Positions 38,532-48,240 of a stretch of 64,000 nt of DNA are shown one piece after another. This DNA is from Candidatus Uhrbacteria bacterium (GTDB lineage: Bacteria > Patescibacteriota > Patescibacteriia > UBA9934), in the NCBI GenBank assembly GCA_943354605.1, contig CALRCK010000003.1, positions 14,902-78,901 on the forward strand. Reading direction: 5' to 3'. Each line of letters begins with the position of its first letter. Within the stretch, counting starts at the first letter, position 1. The notes under the pieces are model-generated. The model saw only the letters and a list, made by a program, of their open reading frames with translations, was not told the DNA's origin and searched no databases. A program made the translations under genes and the position numbers.

Positions 38532-38843
38532 TTATGCGATCGACTGAATGGTGATCTTGGTCCAAGGCTGACGATGACCGACGTTGCGGCGGTAACGCGT
38601 CTTTGGCTTGTACTTGATAATCGATACCTTCTCGGCACGACCGTGCTCGGAGACGATTGCCGTTACCTTTGCGTCTTTCACGATTGGAGTACCAACCTTC
38701 ACGGTTGCGCCGTCGTCGGAAGCCACGAGCAATGCCTCAAAGGTCATTGGAGCGCCAACCTCAAGATCGATCTTTTCCACGCTGAGCACCTGGCCCTCGC
38801 GGACGATGTGCTGCTTTCCTCCCGCTGTGATTACTGCAAACAT
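38532..38843 (-). CDS. rplU: 50S ribosomal protein L21
   Basis: MFAVI.AGGKQH.V.EG, KYKPK, GHRQP.T. Confidence 0.97.
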   Translation of the reverse strand: MFAVITAGGKQHIVREGQVLSVEKIDLEVGAPMTFEALLVASDDGATVKVGTPIVKDAKVTAIVSEHGRAEKVSIIKYKPKTRYRRNVGHRQPWTKITIQSIA

Positions 38844-38922
38844 AGAGTATTGAGCTGCTGAGGCGGTAAGGAAACCCCTACGCTTTTTTGCCTATTGCAA
38901 GCCAAAATGTGCGAAAAGAGTA

Positions 38923-39966
38923 TCAGGAAGCCTTGGAATCGTCAAGGTATTTCGCTAACAGGCTAATGCCAATAACGGCCAAAATGCCCAGAATTCCCAA
39001 CGCAATCACCTTTTGCCAGCTCGCGAAAAGCAGGCTCGTTACCCCAAACGCCAGAGCAATACACGAATAGAGCAACGTCACCCGCCTCGGTGAAAGGCCG
39101 GCGTCGCGGAGCATAAAGTGGAAATGACGGCGATCCGCGGTGGTGAACGGGTTCTTGCCAGCTCGATATCGGCGAACAGCCACAATGCCGACATCAATTG
39201 CGGGAATACCAAGAACGAGAAGTGCAGTTGCCATCTTACTGCCGGCGATGACAGAGAGAACGCCAACGGTGAATCCAAGTACCGTACTTCCAGATTCACC
39301 AAGGAAAATCTGTGCCGGATGCCAGTTCCATAAAATGAATCCGAGGATCGATCCCGAGAAGATCAGTGCAAGAAGCGCCACGTCGGATTGGAAATATGTT
39401 GGCGTCAATGCAAGCGCGGCGATCATCAACGACCCGACCAGTGAAACGCTCGATGCCAAACCATCTACACCATCGAGGAGCTTCGTTGTCATGGTCATGG
39501 CAAGAATCCAGACGAACGCGACGACCGATGCCGCGATCGGGGCGAGGACGATGACGCCGCCGAGCGGATTCGTCATCTTCGCAACGTTGATTCCGCCGAA
39601 CACCGCAACGAGCGACGCGAGAACGAATAGCGCCATTGAATACTTCGCCGAAATCGTGAACCGATCATCGATCACGCCGCCGATCGTGAGGATCGCGATG
39701 CCGACAAAGAACCCAATGAAGTGATGAATGCCGATCGCGCCGCTTGTGAGTTCGGACGATGAAAGAAGAACACCAATCGTGACGATCGAAAAACTCGCAA
39801 CAATCGCGAGGCCACCGAGCAATGGCGTTGGTTCGCGATGAAGCTTTCGCCCACCATCCGGCGAATCGATCACGCCGAATCGCAACGCCAATACTCGAAC
39901 GACCGGCGTAAGCCAAGCCGAGATCAAAAATGCGAGAGCGATGGGAATTGGCCACCAGGAAACCAT
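38923..39966 (-). CDS. MraY/WecA/TagO-family polyprenyl-phosphate HexNAc-1-phosphate transferase
   Basis: RKLH..PTP.LGG, IDD, DGVDGL, NWHPAQIFLGESG, DRRHFH. Confidence 0.92.
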   Translation of the reverse strand: MVSWWPIPIALAFLISAWLTPVVRVLALRFGVIDSPDGGRKLHREPTPLLGGLAIVASFSIVTIGVLLSSSELTSGAIGIHHFIGFFVGIAILTIGGVIDDRFTISAKYSMALFVLASLVAVFGGINVAKMTNPLGGVIVLAPIAASVVAFVWILAMTMTTKLLDGVDGLASSVSLVGSLMIAALALTPTYFQSDVALLALIFSGSILGFILWNWHPAQIFLGESGSTVLGFTVGVLSVIAGSKMATALLVLGIPAIDVGIVAVRRYRAGKNPFTTADRRHFHFMLRDAGLSPRRVTLLYSCIALAFGVTSLLFASWQKVIALGILGILAVIGISLLAKYLDDSKAS

Positions 39967-39981
39967 ATACCCGAAGTCTAC

Positions 39982-40107
39982 TGCGAGTTTCTCATTTGTG
40001 GCTAGTTTCGATGAAGATCGAGGAAAGCTTGCGAGACGTACTTCATGTGTACGTTGAGCAAGTTTCCGATGATCTGAGTCGAAAATAGACCAAAGGAGGA
40101 AGTCGCA
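39982..40107 (+). repeat. ~127-bp structured palindrome (copy B)
   Basis: agtttcga/tcgaaaat, apex acgtacttcatgtgtacgt; aligns with 23051-23176. Confidence 0.8.
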
Positions 40108-41514
40108 CTAGGAAGGTATTAGTCCAGGGATCGCTTCGCTCATTGTGGGATACGCGTGGATCATTGACTGGACCGCATCGATCGTAATTCCGGCGGACAT
40201 TGCGAGTGCAAGCTCGTGAATTACTTCACCGGACCGATCGCCGAGCATTGATGCCCCAAGGATGAGATTCGATTTCTTTTCGACAAACACTTTCAACAGA
40301 CCAATGCGTTCGCTCTCAATGACGGCACGACCGAGCGCGCCAACGGGAAACTTCCAAACGGTGAATGATTTCTTTTTCGCAACAAGCTCGTCGGGCATTG
40401 CGCCAACCGATGCAAGTTCTGGTGCCACGAATGTGACGCGAGGAACAACAGAAAGATCGACGCTCGCGTACTTTTTCTTTCCTTGCGCGAGAAATGCCGC
40501 GTTTTTTCCCGCGATTGTTCCTTCGTGATGTGCGGTGTGGGTATATGCTGGCAAACCAGAAACGTCTCCAGCGAGAAATAGTGATTGCCCTTTTATGCGC
40601 ATCGCAGCGTCGATGGTGATGCCACCCGTCGCATTGCGTTTTACTCCTGCGTTTTCAAGATTCAACGATTCAACATTCGGCGCACGGCCAGAAGCGACGA
40701 GAAGCTTTTCCACGCGAACCGTTTTCCGTGGTTCCGATTTCGTTTGGTACGTGACCCGAATCTGCCTGCCGGATTTTGCTACACCGAGTACACGCGTAGC
40801 GCCGTGGAATGCCACGCCGCGATGCATGAGTGTTTTTGCCGCAAGCGCCGCAGTTTCCGCGTCTTCGCGCGGAAGGAAACGCTCAGCGATATCAAAAACA
40901 ATCACGGGAATGCCAAGTAAGGAAAAGAATGTCGCGAACTCGCAACCAATCGGACCGCTTCCAAGAATGCCGATGGATTCTGGAAGTTCCGTTATCGACG
41001 TTGCTTCGCGTGGCGTCCAATACTCGATAGAATCGATCCCCGCGATCGGCGGGATCTTCGAAACCGATCCCGTTGCAATAACAAACGACTTCGCACTAAT
41101 GATGTGCGTGCCGACGCGAATCGATTCGTCGTCGATGAAACTTGCGGCGCCACGGAAAATTGTCACCTTTTCGCTTTCAAGAATCTTTTCCAATCGGCGA
41201 TTCCCCGTCATTGCGTTCACCACCGCATCTTTTCGCTCCATCATCGCCGAAAGGTTGAACGTGAGACGCTTGACGTCAATACCGAATCGCCCACCGTTTC
41301 GTCGGATATCGTCGTATCGCACAGCAGCAGCGAGCATCGACTTTGTTGGAACGCACGCGTAGTTTGGACATTCGCCACCAAGTTTGTCGGAAGAAACAAT
41401 CGCGACACTCGCGCCTTCTTGTCGCGCCGCAAATGCCGCGGAAAGGCCCGCAGAGCCTCCGCCAATAACGACGACATCGAATCCAGTTTTATGCGCAATC
41501 TTTTTCACTGGCAT
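40108..41514 (-). CDS. Pyridine nucleotide-disulfide oxidoreductase (dihydrolipoamide dehydrogenase/MerA-like)
   Basis: GGGSAG, GGECPNYACVPTK, GSGPIGCE, HAYPTMSE. Confidence 0.92.
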   Translation of the reverse strand: MPVKKIAHKTGFDVVVIGGGSAGLSAAFAARQEGASVAIVSSDKLGGECPNYACVPTKSMLAAAVRYDDIRRNGGRFGIDVKRLTFNLSAMMERKDAVVNAMTGNRRLEKILESEKVTIFRGAASFIDDESIRVGTHIISAKSFVIATGSVSKIPPIAGIDSIEYWTPREATSITELPESIGILGSGPIGCEFATFFSLLGIPVIVFDIAERFLPREDAETAALAAKTLMHRGVAFHGATRVLGVAKSGRQIRVTYQTKSEPRKTVRVEKLLVASGRAPNVESLNLENAGVKRNATGGITIDAAMRIKGQSLFLAGDVSGLPAYTHTAHHEGTIAGKNAAFLAQGKKKYASVDLSVVPRVTFVAPELASVGAMPDELVAKKKSFTVWKFPVGALGRAVIESERIGLLKVFVEKKSNLILGASMLGDRSGEVIHELALAMSAGITIDAVQSMIHAYPTMSEAIPGLIPS

Positions 41515-41516
41515 AT

Positions 41517-42866
41517 CTACACAACAAGCGGAAGATCTCTCCAAACCTTCTCATCACCACGCAGCAACGATTCCACACGATATGCGCCGTGTGTTGGTGC
41601 ATTCGTAAATCCACTCCACGCCATACGCGCGAGTGCGCCGCTTTCAATCCAATCGAACAACCATTCGTTCATGTATTGCGGTGCAAGACCATCCGCGCCT
41701 CCCCCAACATACGTCAGCCATGCGCGATTAAAGTCTTCTTGGCTTCCCACCGTTGGTGCCATGATGATCGGAATCGCCAAGCCGGTGTAGAACGAAAGTT
41801 CGGACGGCTTCGTCCACAAAATATCCGTCTTGCGCATCAGCTTCGAGAATGCAGAAAAATACGCAGGACGATTATCCTCAAACAAAATCGTCACACGACC
41901 AGCACGCTTCGCACTAACCAATCCGTCCAATCGAATCTCGCGCTCAAAGAATTCGTTCACTTCTGGTCGTGTTCCCGCAACAAGATTTACGATGATTCGG
42001 CCAGCACGAATGTCGCTTGCCAACGATCGCAATGCAAGCGCGACAAGCTCTCGCTGTGTTCCTGCGCCACCGACCGCGAATGTAATGGACGGCGTTGTTG
42101 GCTTTACCGCACAGAATTGTTTTCCAAATGTTGCATCGAGGAGCGAATGCGCCTTTGCAACAAAGTTTCCGTGCGGATCAAGATTGCACATGCGGCGTTG
42201 CAAGTCGGCACGAACATATTCTGGAACGTGCGGACCACCAACGGTTTCAAACGGCAACGGAAATCCCGTCAGCGTAATGTTCTTTTCCTTCACGCCGTAC
42301 AATTTTAATCGCTCGACCACGCGACCGGTCGGAGCGAGGTATTTGATTCTGCTCTTCTTTGGATTCAACGGAACCCAAGCCCGTGCGATATCGGCGTCGC
42401 AAAGAACGATGTAAATATCCTCAGGGTAATCGAATTCTTCTGCAGCGAATGCGGGAGTAAAAAACGTCGAAACGATCGGAAGCGGACGTTCTTTAAACCG
42501 TTCGATCAGGTCGCGACACATCCCCTGTCGTCGAATGAGCGCGTACGTTTGCCGGACTTGCAGACTCGGCTTTGAGAGATCGCGTCGCGGATAAAACTCC
42601 GGGATGCGCTGCATCTTGTCCATGATACCGAACGCAGCGGTTCCCAGAATTGGGACGTTCTTGAATCGGGAAACGAATTCGTAAAAACTCTTCCCCGTCT
42701 CCCAAAGCCTTCGCTCGTGGGCAGGGATGCCTGGATAATCGTTCGCCACGGTCACTTGCCCGCCTGGCGCCAAGTGGCGCAATGCAAACGCGGCCCGCTC
42801 GTGGCCATAGCCCATATTGACCGCAACAACGTGCGCCAATGCTTTCCCCCTTGATTTTTCCTCCAT
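41517..42866 (-). CDS. Conserved hypothetical protein, GT-B glycosyltransferase-like
   Basis: MGYGHERAA, TGFPLP, GGAG, LWTKPSEL motifs resemble MurG/MGDG-synthase-like proteins. Confidence 0.7.
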   Translation of the reverse strand: MEEKSRGKALAHVVAVNMGYGHERAAFALRHLAPGGQVTVANDYPGIPAHERRLWETGKSFYEFVSRFKNVPILGTAAFGIMDKMQRIPEFYPRRDLSKPSLQVRQTYALIRRQGMCRDLIERFKERPLPIVSTFFTPAFAAEEFDYPEDIYIVLCDADIARAWVPLNPKKSRIKYLAPTGRVVERLKLYGVKEKNITLTGFPLPFETVGGPHVPEYVRADLQRRMCNLDPHGNFVAKAHSLLDATFGKQFCAVKPTTPSITFAVGGAGTQRELVALALRSLASDIRAGRIIVNLVAGTRPEVNEFFEREIRLDGLVSAKRAGRVTILFEDNRPAYFSAFSKLMRKTDILWTKPSELSFYTGLAIPIIMAPTVGSQEDFNRAWLTYVGGGADGLAPQYMNEWLFDWIESGALARMAWSGFTNAPTHGAYRVESLLRGDEKVWRDLPLVV

Positions 42867-42954
42867 AATCTTATGAACAAGTATAGCATGGCTAATGCTT
42901 GCCAAGTTTTGAATGATCAGGTAGCATTCCCGCATTCGAAACCCCAACACGCTT

Positions 42955-43185
42955 ATGTCCAAAGTCTGCATGATCACTGGCAAAACGCCTCTTACGGGCA
43001 ACAATGTCAGCCACTCCAACGTCAAATCGAAGCGTCGCCAGATGCCAAATTTGCAAAAGAAAACGGTTATCAACCCAGCAACTGGCAAGCCAGTCGTGCT
43101 CATGGTTTCTGGCCGCGGCATCCGCACCCTCGCAAAGTGGGTAAAGGCAGGAAGCAAAGTCGATCTCCGCTACTTCGTCGAGTAA
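42955..43185 (+). CDS. rpmB: 50S ribosomal protein L28
   Basis: MSKVC.ITGK...GNNVSHS..KSKRR..PNLQ. Confidence 0.97.
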   Translation: MSKVCMITGKTPLTGNNVSHSNVKSKRRQMPNLQKKTVINPATGKPVVLMVSGRGIRTLAKWVKAGSKVDLRYFVE

Positions 43186-43196
43186 TCGATTCAACC

Positions 43197-43227
43197 AAAA
43201 ACGCTCCGAGCAATCGGAGCGTTTTTT
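43197..43227. terminator. Intrinsic terminator after rpmB
   Basis: aaaaacgctccga-gcaa-tcggagcgtttttt. Confidence 0.8.
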
Positions 43228-43259
43228 GTTTTCATCTAACTCAGCCATTATCTTTTTCA

Positions 43260-43286
43260 GTCATCCCCGCGAAGGCGGGGATCCAG
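43260..43286 (+). repeat. 27-bp palindromic repeat, intergenic copy
   Basis: GTCATCCCCGCGAAGGCGGGGATCCAG. Confidence 0.9.
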
Positions 43287-43296
43287 ACATCGCTCC

Positions 43297-43424
43297 GTGG
43301 CGACTCGGGTATCAATTTTTCTGCTGCGTCACACGACGCTACGCCGCGACGTCTCACCTTCGGTTCGACTGCGGCTGTGCATCCAGGTAGCCTCGCTGAA
43401 AAATTGATACCACTCGTCGCTCAC
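43297..43424. repeat. ~128-bp nested palindromic element
   Basis: ggtatcaatttttc/gaaaaattgatacc and gcgac/gtcgc stems, cTTCGg apex. Confidence 0.65.
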
Positions 43425-44428
43425 TTCGCTATCACGTACCCGCCATCCTTATATACAACTTCCCCGTCGATCGTGACGGTGGTGACGTCGGCGAAGACGT
43501 CCACGTGGTATTTACTTGAACGCTTTGGGAATCCTTCCTTTGTGTACACCGAGTGCTTCTGGCCAAGGGAAAGATGGATACCGCACATGCGTTCGTAGCT
43601 TCCAATATCGGTGAGCCTCCGATTCCGAGTGAGTGCACGGTTCATGCCAAAGCCGAGTTCGCGAACCCACAAAAGTTCATCGGCGCGGATCTGATCCATC
43701 ACTGCGGTGAATGATTGTGGCGGATTGATCGCTTCCACGAGAATGCCGTTTTCGATGCGAACAAGGACGGGTTCTGGCGGAACGATCACGTGAAAGTCGG
43801 CATCGGCGTACGCGAAGAGTTTTACAAATCCGTTTGCCCTTGAGAAATCCGCGGCCTCGGTAAACACTTCGCCAATTGGAAACATTCCGCCAATATTCTT
43901 CATTCCCGTGTAGTCGCCGGTATTCAACTTTGCAGATTCGAATGGACCGTCGTACACCAGCTCAGTTCCTTCGCAGGAAACGATAATCTGTTTTGCGTTA
44001 TCGATTTTGTTCTTCAGCCACGGACCGACGGCGTGATAGTACTGCTCGTCGTATGCAAGTGAATCGAGATAGATTTCATGCTCTTCCTCCGGCATGCGAC
44101 CGAGGTGCGGATGTTCGATGACGGCGAGATTACGATTAAAGAGCTCAAGACGGAATCGGAATTCATTCAAGCGGAAGCTCCCGGATTGAACGAGAACAAC
44201 AAGGCTTCCTGGCGCCAACGTGTCGATGGCGGCACGGACAGCTTCTGGCGTCGTATCGTCAAAATTGATCTCGATCGTATTGGTCAGCACATTGCGATAC
44301 GCCCGAGAAAGCCGCGTGGAAAGTGGCGATTGCTCATCGAAAACGATGATCGACGGATGCGACACGTCGATGCGAAATGCTTTGGTAATAATGTCGCGAA
44401 CGTTTTGTTCAATAGCGATGCTTTCCAT
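43421..44428 (-). CDS. Aminopeptidase-like protein (M29-related)
   Basis: PIGEVFT, ELGFGMN, ER..GIHLSLG, HVDV; start at MESIAI. Confidence 0.75.
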   Translation of the reverse strand: MESIAIEQNVRDIITKAFRIDVSHPSIIVFDEQSPLSTRLSRAYRNVLTNTIEINFDDTTPEAVRAAIDTLAPGSLVVLVQSGSFRLNEFRFRLELFNRNLAVIEHPHLGRMPEEEHEIYLDSLAYDEQYYHAVGPWLKNKIDNAKQIIVSCEGTELVYDGPFESAKLNTGDYTGMKNIGGMFPIGEVFTEAADFSRANGFVKLFAYADADFHVIVPPEPVLVRIENGILVEAINPPQSFTAVMDQIRADELLWVRELGFGMNRALTRNRRLTDIGSYERMCGIHLSLGQKHSVYTKEGFPKRSSKYHVDVFADVTTVTIDGEVVYKDGGYVIAK

Positions 44429-44521
44429 AGATTGGCTTATCCTACACAAAAATGCCGCATTTGTCACAAAATACCCGCTCCAAGCATAGATATCGTGTAG
44501 GCCTACTGATAATCTTCTCTC

Positions 44522-45022
44522 ATGAACGACTCTGCCCAACAATTTACCAGCACATTCTCCGCCATGTACGACGGGCTGTATCGCTATCTTGCGTATCGCA
44601 TTCCCAATCGCGCCGATGCCGAAGATGCCGTGGCGAACACCGCACTTCTCGCATGGAAGAACCTCGCGCAGCACAATGCTGACCGCGGTAGCATCGAAGA
44701 GTGGATGATGGGAATAGCGAAGAACCAAGTACGAATGTATTGGCGCAATCACAGACCGTGCTCTTCGCTCAACGAGATTGAACATCTCTTCGCAGACGAC
44801 GCAACTCCGATCGACCACATCGTAAATGATCAGATGACGCTCGAGCGCATTTTTGTTGAACTCGACAGCGAGCAGAAAGCGCTACTGGCACTGCACTACA
44901 TCGACGGCATTCCATACAACGACATCGCGCTCATGTTCGATGCTACCCCCACACAGCTCCGAAAGAAAGTCTCCCGAGCACTTCACGCCATCAGAAATCA
45001 ATTCAGTTTCTTTGTTGAATAA
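44522..45022 (+). CDS. ECF RNA polymerase sigma factor
   Basis: Region 2 LYRYL..DAEDAV..W..IAKN; region 4 Y.DIA..RKKVSRA. Confidence 0.9.
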   Translation: MNDSAQQFTSTFSAMYDGLYRYLAYRIPNRADAEDAVANTALLAWKNLAQHNADRGSIEEWMMGIAKNQVRMYWRNHRPCSSLNEIEHLFADDATPIDHIVNDQMTLERIFVELDSEQKALLALHYIDGIPYNDIALMFDATPTQLRKKVSRALHAIRNQFSFFVE

Positions 45023-45025
45023 TCT

Positions 45026-46288
45026 ATGAAACCTATCATCACCCAAATGCTTCACGACGACGAAGCGACCATCGAACCGAATGTGGATCTTCGTCGCGAT
45101 ATCACCTTGCGATTCCACCGATCGCCATTCACGTTCACCCGACTCTGGAGAATGACGACACTCGTTGGCGCAACCGCGGTCATCGCCGTCGCGCTCGTCA
45201 GCCTGAACGGACCGCAGTCCAAAGGAGCGACGTCGTTCATTGCACAAGCGAACGCTGCGTACGAAAGTCTTCGAACAAAGCTCTCCGAGCCGGGCGCGGT
45301 TCGACACACCATTACATCATTCATCAGCTATCCAGATCCCTCCACGGACAGCGTCACGTTTTCGACAAACGACGGGCAACCAGACGAAACATGGAGCAAC
45401 GGCGATGGAACGCTGACCCTTTCGGGGCCAGTTGGATCGCCACAGCATCTCCACGACCACGACAAAAACTACATGGATGCAGAACGGTATAAAGAATACT
45501 TTCCCGAGGACACCGGCCCGGGATCTGGCGGAACCATCACATCGAACGACGATGGATCATGGGCGTCGTCCACAACCAATGGTGAAAATTCCGGTCCGCA
45601 GTACAGCATCACTACCCCACCGGATACCGCATCGTGGGAAGAGAAGTACGACCCCGCCGATTCCAGTGTGGCATGCGTGGACATCACGCCACTCACTGAT
45701 GCGCAGAAAGCTGCGCGCGATAGCATGGACGCTATCAATACCGCGAGCGATGCCGTCGCCGCCGGAACTGCCGGACCAGAAGCACTGCTCAGCATTCTCT
45801 CGTCCTCTTCTGCGGTTACGGATCGTGGCATTCAACACGATGACGCCCTCGGAGACCTTCACGTCTACCGTATCGTCTACGACTCCGCATTGAGCGCTAT
45901 CGATTCATCCGAAATTGGGAAACAAGGATTCCGAGAATTCGGATTCTCGCCGGACACGTATCTCATGCGGTTCATCCGCTCTGGGCAAATTGACACCGAC
46001 GGAACGGAATTCGTCGAAAGTACTCTCAGTATCCTCACGGACGAAGTTCTTTCCGCAGATCGCATCGCTACCGACTTTTTCTCACCGACACGGCTTGGAT
46101 TCGTCCTTACTCCACCATCGGACTTCGATCATCCAGAAAACCTCCCGTCGATCATTCTCCATGATGGTTGCTACCGCCAAGGGATCACCGCACCGGAATG
46201 GCTGAATGCCGCGGACGAAGCCGCCGCACGCGCACGCATCGCCACACTCGGCGATCAGGCACCAGGATTGGGAGGCGGAGGATTCTAA
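45026..46288 (+). CDS. Membrane-anchored protein, putative anti-sigma factor
   Basis: 3 nt after the ECF gene; short N-terminus, single TM, large acidic extracellular region. Confidence 0.65.
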   Translation: MKPIITQMLHDDEATIEPNVDLRRDITLRFHRSPFTFTRLWRMTTLVGATAVIAVALVSLNGPQSKGATSFIAQANAAYESLRTKLSEPGAVRHTITSFISYPDPSTDSVTFSTNDGQPDETWSNGDGTLTLSGPVGSPQHLHDHDKNYMDAERYKEYFPEDTGPGSGGTITSNDDGSWASSTTNGENSGPQYSITTPPDTASWEEKYDPADSSVACVDITPLTDAQKAARDSMDAINTASDAVAAGTAGPEALLSILSSSSAVTDRGIQHDDALGDLHVYRIVYDSALSAIDSSEIGKQGFREFGFSPDTYLMRFIRSGQIDTDGTEFVESTLSILTDEVLSADRIATDFFSPTRLGFVLTPPSDFDHPENLPSIILHDGCYRQGITAPEWLNAADEAAARARIATLGDQAPGLGGGGF

Positions 46289-46335
46289 TTCGCCGTACTG
46301 AAAAGACGACCATTGTGGTCGTCTTTTCTTTCTCA

Positions 46336-46968
46336 TTACTCCTTCGCCTCTTTCGCCGCCTCTTCTACCATCGTTTTCCCACGCTCTGTCGCCATCGCAC
46401 GAAGGATGATATAGCCCACGATGATAATAAAAAGTCCGATACCCACCCATCGCAATCCGCGGTGAATAGAACTCCAGAATTGTCCAAAGAAGAATCCAAT
46501 CGCCAAATACGATGCGGACCACAAAATGCCGCTCGTGATGTTCATCGTCATGAACGACCGCCATTTCATTTTCAGCGCGCCGGCGATGAATGGAACGAAC
46601 GGACGAAGTGGTCCGATGAATCGCCCAAGAAATACACCCGCAACACCGTATTCGTTCATGAATTTTTCAGCACGATCCACCGTGCTCTGTGCGAATAATC
46701 GAGGGAATTGTTTTGCGGGATCGATTCCTCGTCGACCGAGCACAAAACTCAGGACGTCACCAAGAATCGCGCCAATGGCGCCAATAAAAATTGCATCTCC
46801 AATGTCGTAAACTCCCTGAGAGATCACAAAACCGAACAACACCACAAATGTTGCACCTGGTACAAGAATACCAACAACAGCAATCGATTCCCCGAATGCA
46901 AACGCAAACAACAAGGCGTACGCCCAGTTACCAAGTTGCGAAATCCAAGGAAGCCAGTGATTAAACAT
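46336..46968 (-). CDS. DedA family membrane protein
   Basis: ES...G..VPG, GAILGD, GRFIGPLR.FVP..AG. Confidence 0.93.
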   Translation of the reverse strand: MFNHWLPWISQLGNWAYALLFAFAFGESIAVVGILVPGATFVVLFGFVISQGVYDIGDAIFIGAIGAILGDVLSFVLGRRGIDPAKQFPRLFAQSTVDRAEKFMNEYGVAGVFLGRFIGPLRPFVPFIAGALKMKWRSFMTMNITSGILWSASYLAIGFFFGQFWSSIHRGLRWVGIGLFIIIVGYIILRAMATERGKTMVEEAAKEAKE

Positions 46969-47533
46969 AACGGGTCGGCGGGTGTTCAAAGGTAATAATC
47001 GGCATGTGGTTCTTCATCACGTCCTGCGGAATACCAAGCTCTTCAAGATACACCGTGGACACTTCGCAGAACTTTGCATCCGCGTAATCGAAACCCAGTA
47101 ATTCCGACGCCGCACGAACCGTCGCTTCGTCGTGCGCCTCAACCTCCACAAACGGACGAAGACCTGGCCAGGTGTCGATTGTCACTTCCGCACCATTCAA
47201 CGTCCATGCCTCGCGCAAGGTCTCTTGATACGCCTTCTTCTGCGCACCAATCGCCGACAAGAAATCGACCGCGTTATCGAAATCGTCCACCTTTACCATC
47301 ACTTCCTTCTGATCCTCAATCGCATCGCCATTCACCACCTTCAAGGACATGGTGATTACCTCCCCCTCGTCGCGAACGCGCATCCATCCACCAGGAATGG
47401 CGATTGGCGGATTAAACACCGTCCGCCGCATCAATGCTTCCTTTTTTACCAATGTTCCGCCGACTTCCTGAAGCTTTGCTCGGACGGCATCCTTATCGAC
47501 CCCGGTAAATGTGGCTTCGAATTCAATTTGCAT
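46961..47533 (-). CDS. CYTH domain protein (class IV adenylate cyclase-like)
   Basis: EFE N-terminal motif, WMRVRDEG, IDTWP...FVEVE. Confidence 0.88.
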   Translation of the reverse strand: MQIEFEATFTGVDKDAVRAKLQEVGGTLVKKEALMRRTVFNPPIAIPGGWMRVRDEGEVITMSLKVVNGDAIEDQKEVMVKVDDFDNAVDFLSAIGAQKKAYQETLREAWTLNGAEVTIDTWPGLRPFVEVEAHDEATVRAASELLGFDYADAKFCEVSTVYLEELGIPQDVMKNHMPIITFEHPPTRYV

Positions 47534-47596
47534 AGAATATCCTTGAGGATAGCGCTAAACAATAAAAAACTCCAACGACAAATCGTTGGAGTTTTT

Positions 47597-47672
47597 TGGA
47601 GCCACAGTCGGGGATCGAACCCGAGACCTCATCCTTACCATGGATGCGCTCTACCATCTGAGCTACTGCGGC
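47597..47672 (-). tRNA. tRNA-Thr(GGT)
   Basis: Cloverleaf GCCGCAG...CTGTGGC-T-CCA, anticodon loop ATGGTAA. Confidence 0.95.
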
Positions 47673-47705
47673 GTATGAGAAAGGCTCGTTGCCGAGCTTT
47701 TCTCA

Positions 47706-47791
47706 TGGTGGGTTGGGAGGGATTCGAACCTTCGAAGGCGCAAGCCAAGAGATTTACAGTCTCTCCTCGTTGACCGCTTGAGTACCAACCC
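47706..47791 (-). tRNA. tRNA-Tyr(GTA)
   Basis: Anticodon loop CTGTAAA, long variable arm, encoded CCA. Confidence 0.95.
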
Positions 47792-47794
47792 ATG

Positions 47795-47921
47795 GTGGGA
47801 CGAACCTATTTGGCCAATTTTGGGCTTGCAGCATCGAAAACTTTTTCAACGTACTGTGAAGTACGTCTCAAAAGCTTTTCTCGCCACGCACCCAAACTTG
47901 ACGCAAATAGCTTCGTCCCAC
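47795..47921 (-). repeat. ~127-bp structured palindrome (copy C)
   Basis: gtgggacgaa/ttcgtcccac closing stem, apex acgtacttcacagtacgt on the minus strand. Confidence 0.8.
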
Positions 47922-47941
47922 AGTCACGCTCAATTTTTCAA

Positions 47942-48017
47942 TGGAGCCGAAAACCGGATTCGAACCGGTGACCTACGGTTTACAAAACCGTTGCTCTACC
48001 AGCTGAGCTATTTCGGC
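47942..48017 (-). tRNA. tRNA-Thr(TGT)
   Basis: GCCGAAA/TTTCGGC acceptor, anticodon loop TTTGTAA, encoded CCA. Confidence 0.95.
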
Positions 48018-48240
48018 GAAACTCAGAAAAGAACGGCCGAATCGTATCATGTCGAGGAGCGCCCTGGCAAGAAGGCATTCCCACAGCACAGAACAGATGG
48101 TCCCAACGATACGAGGGTTCAAGATCATGCCGCATACATCACATCCTGCCGACAATCCGGAAACGGACCATTCTGACAATTCTCCGGCCTTTGTATTGTT
48201 TTTCAATCTATTTTCAGCTATAGTTCGCGCGAAAACCTCT

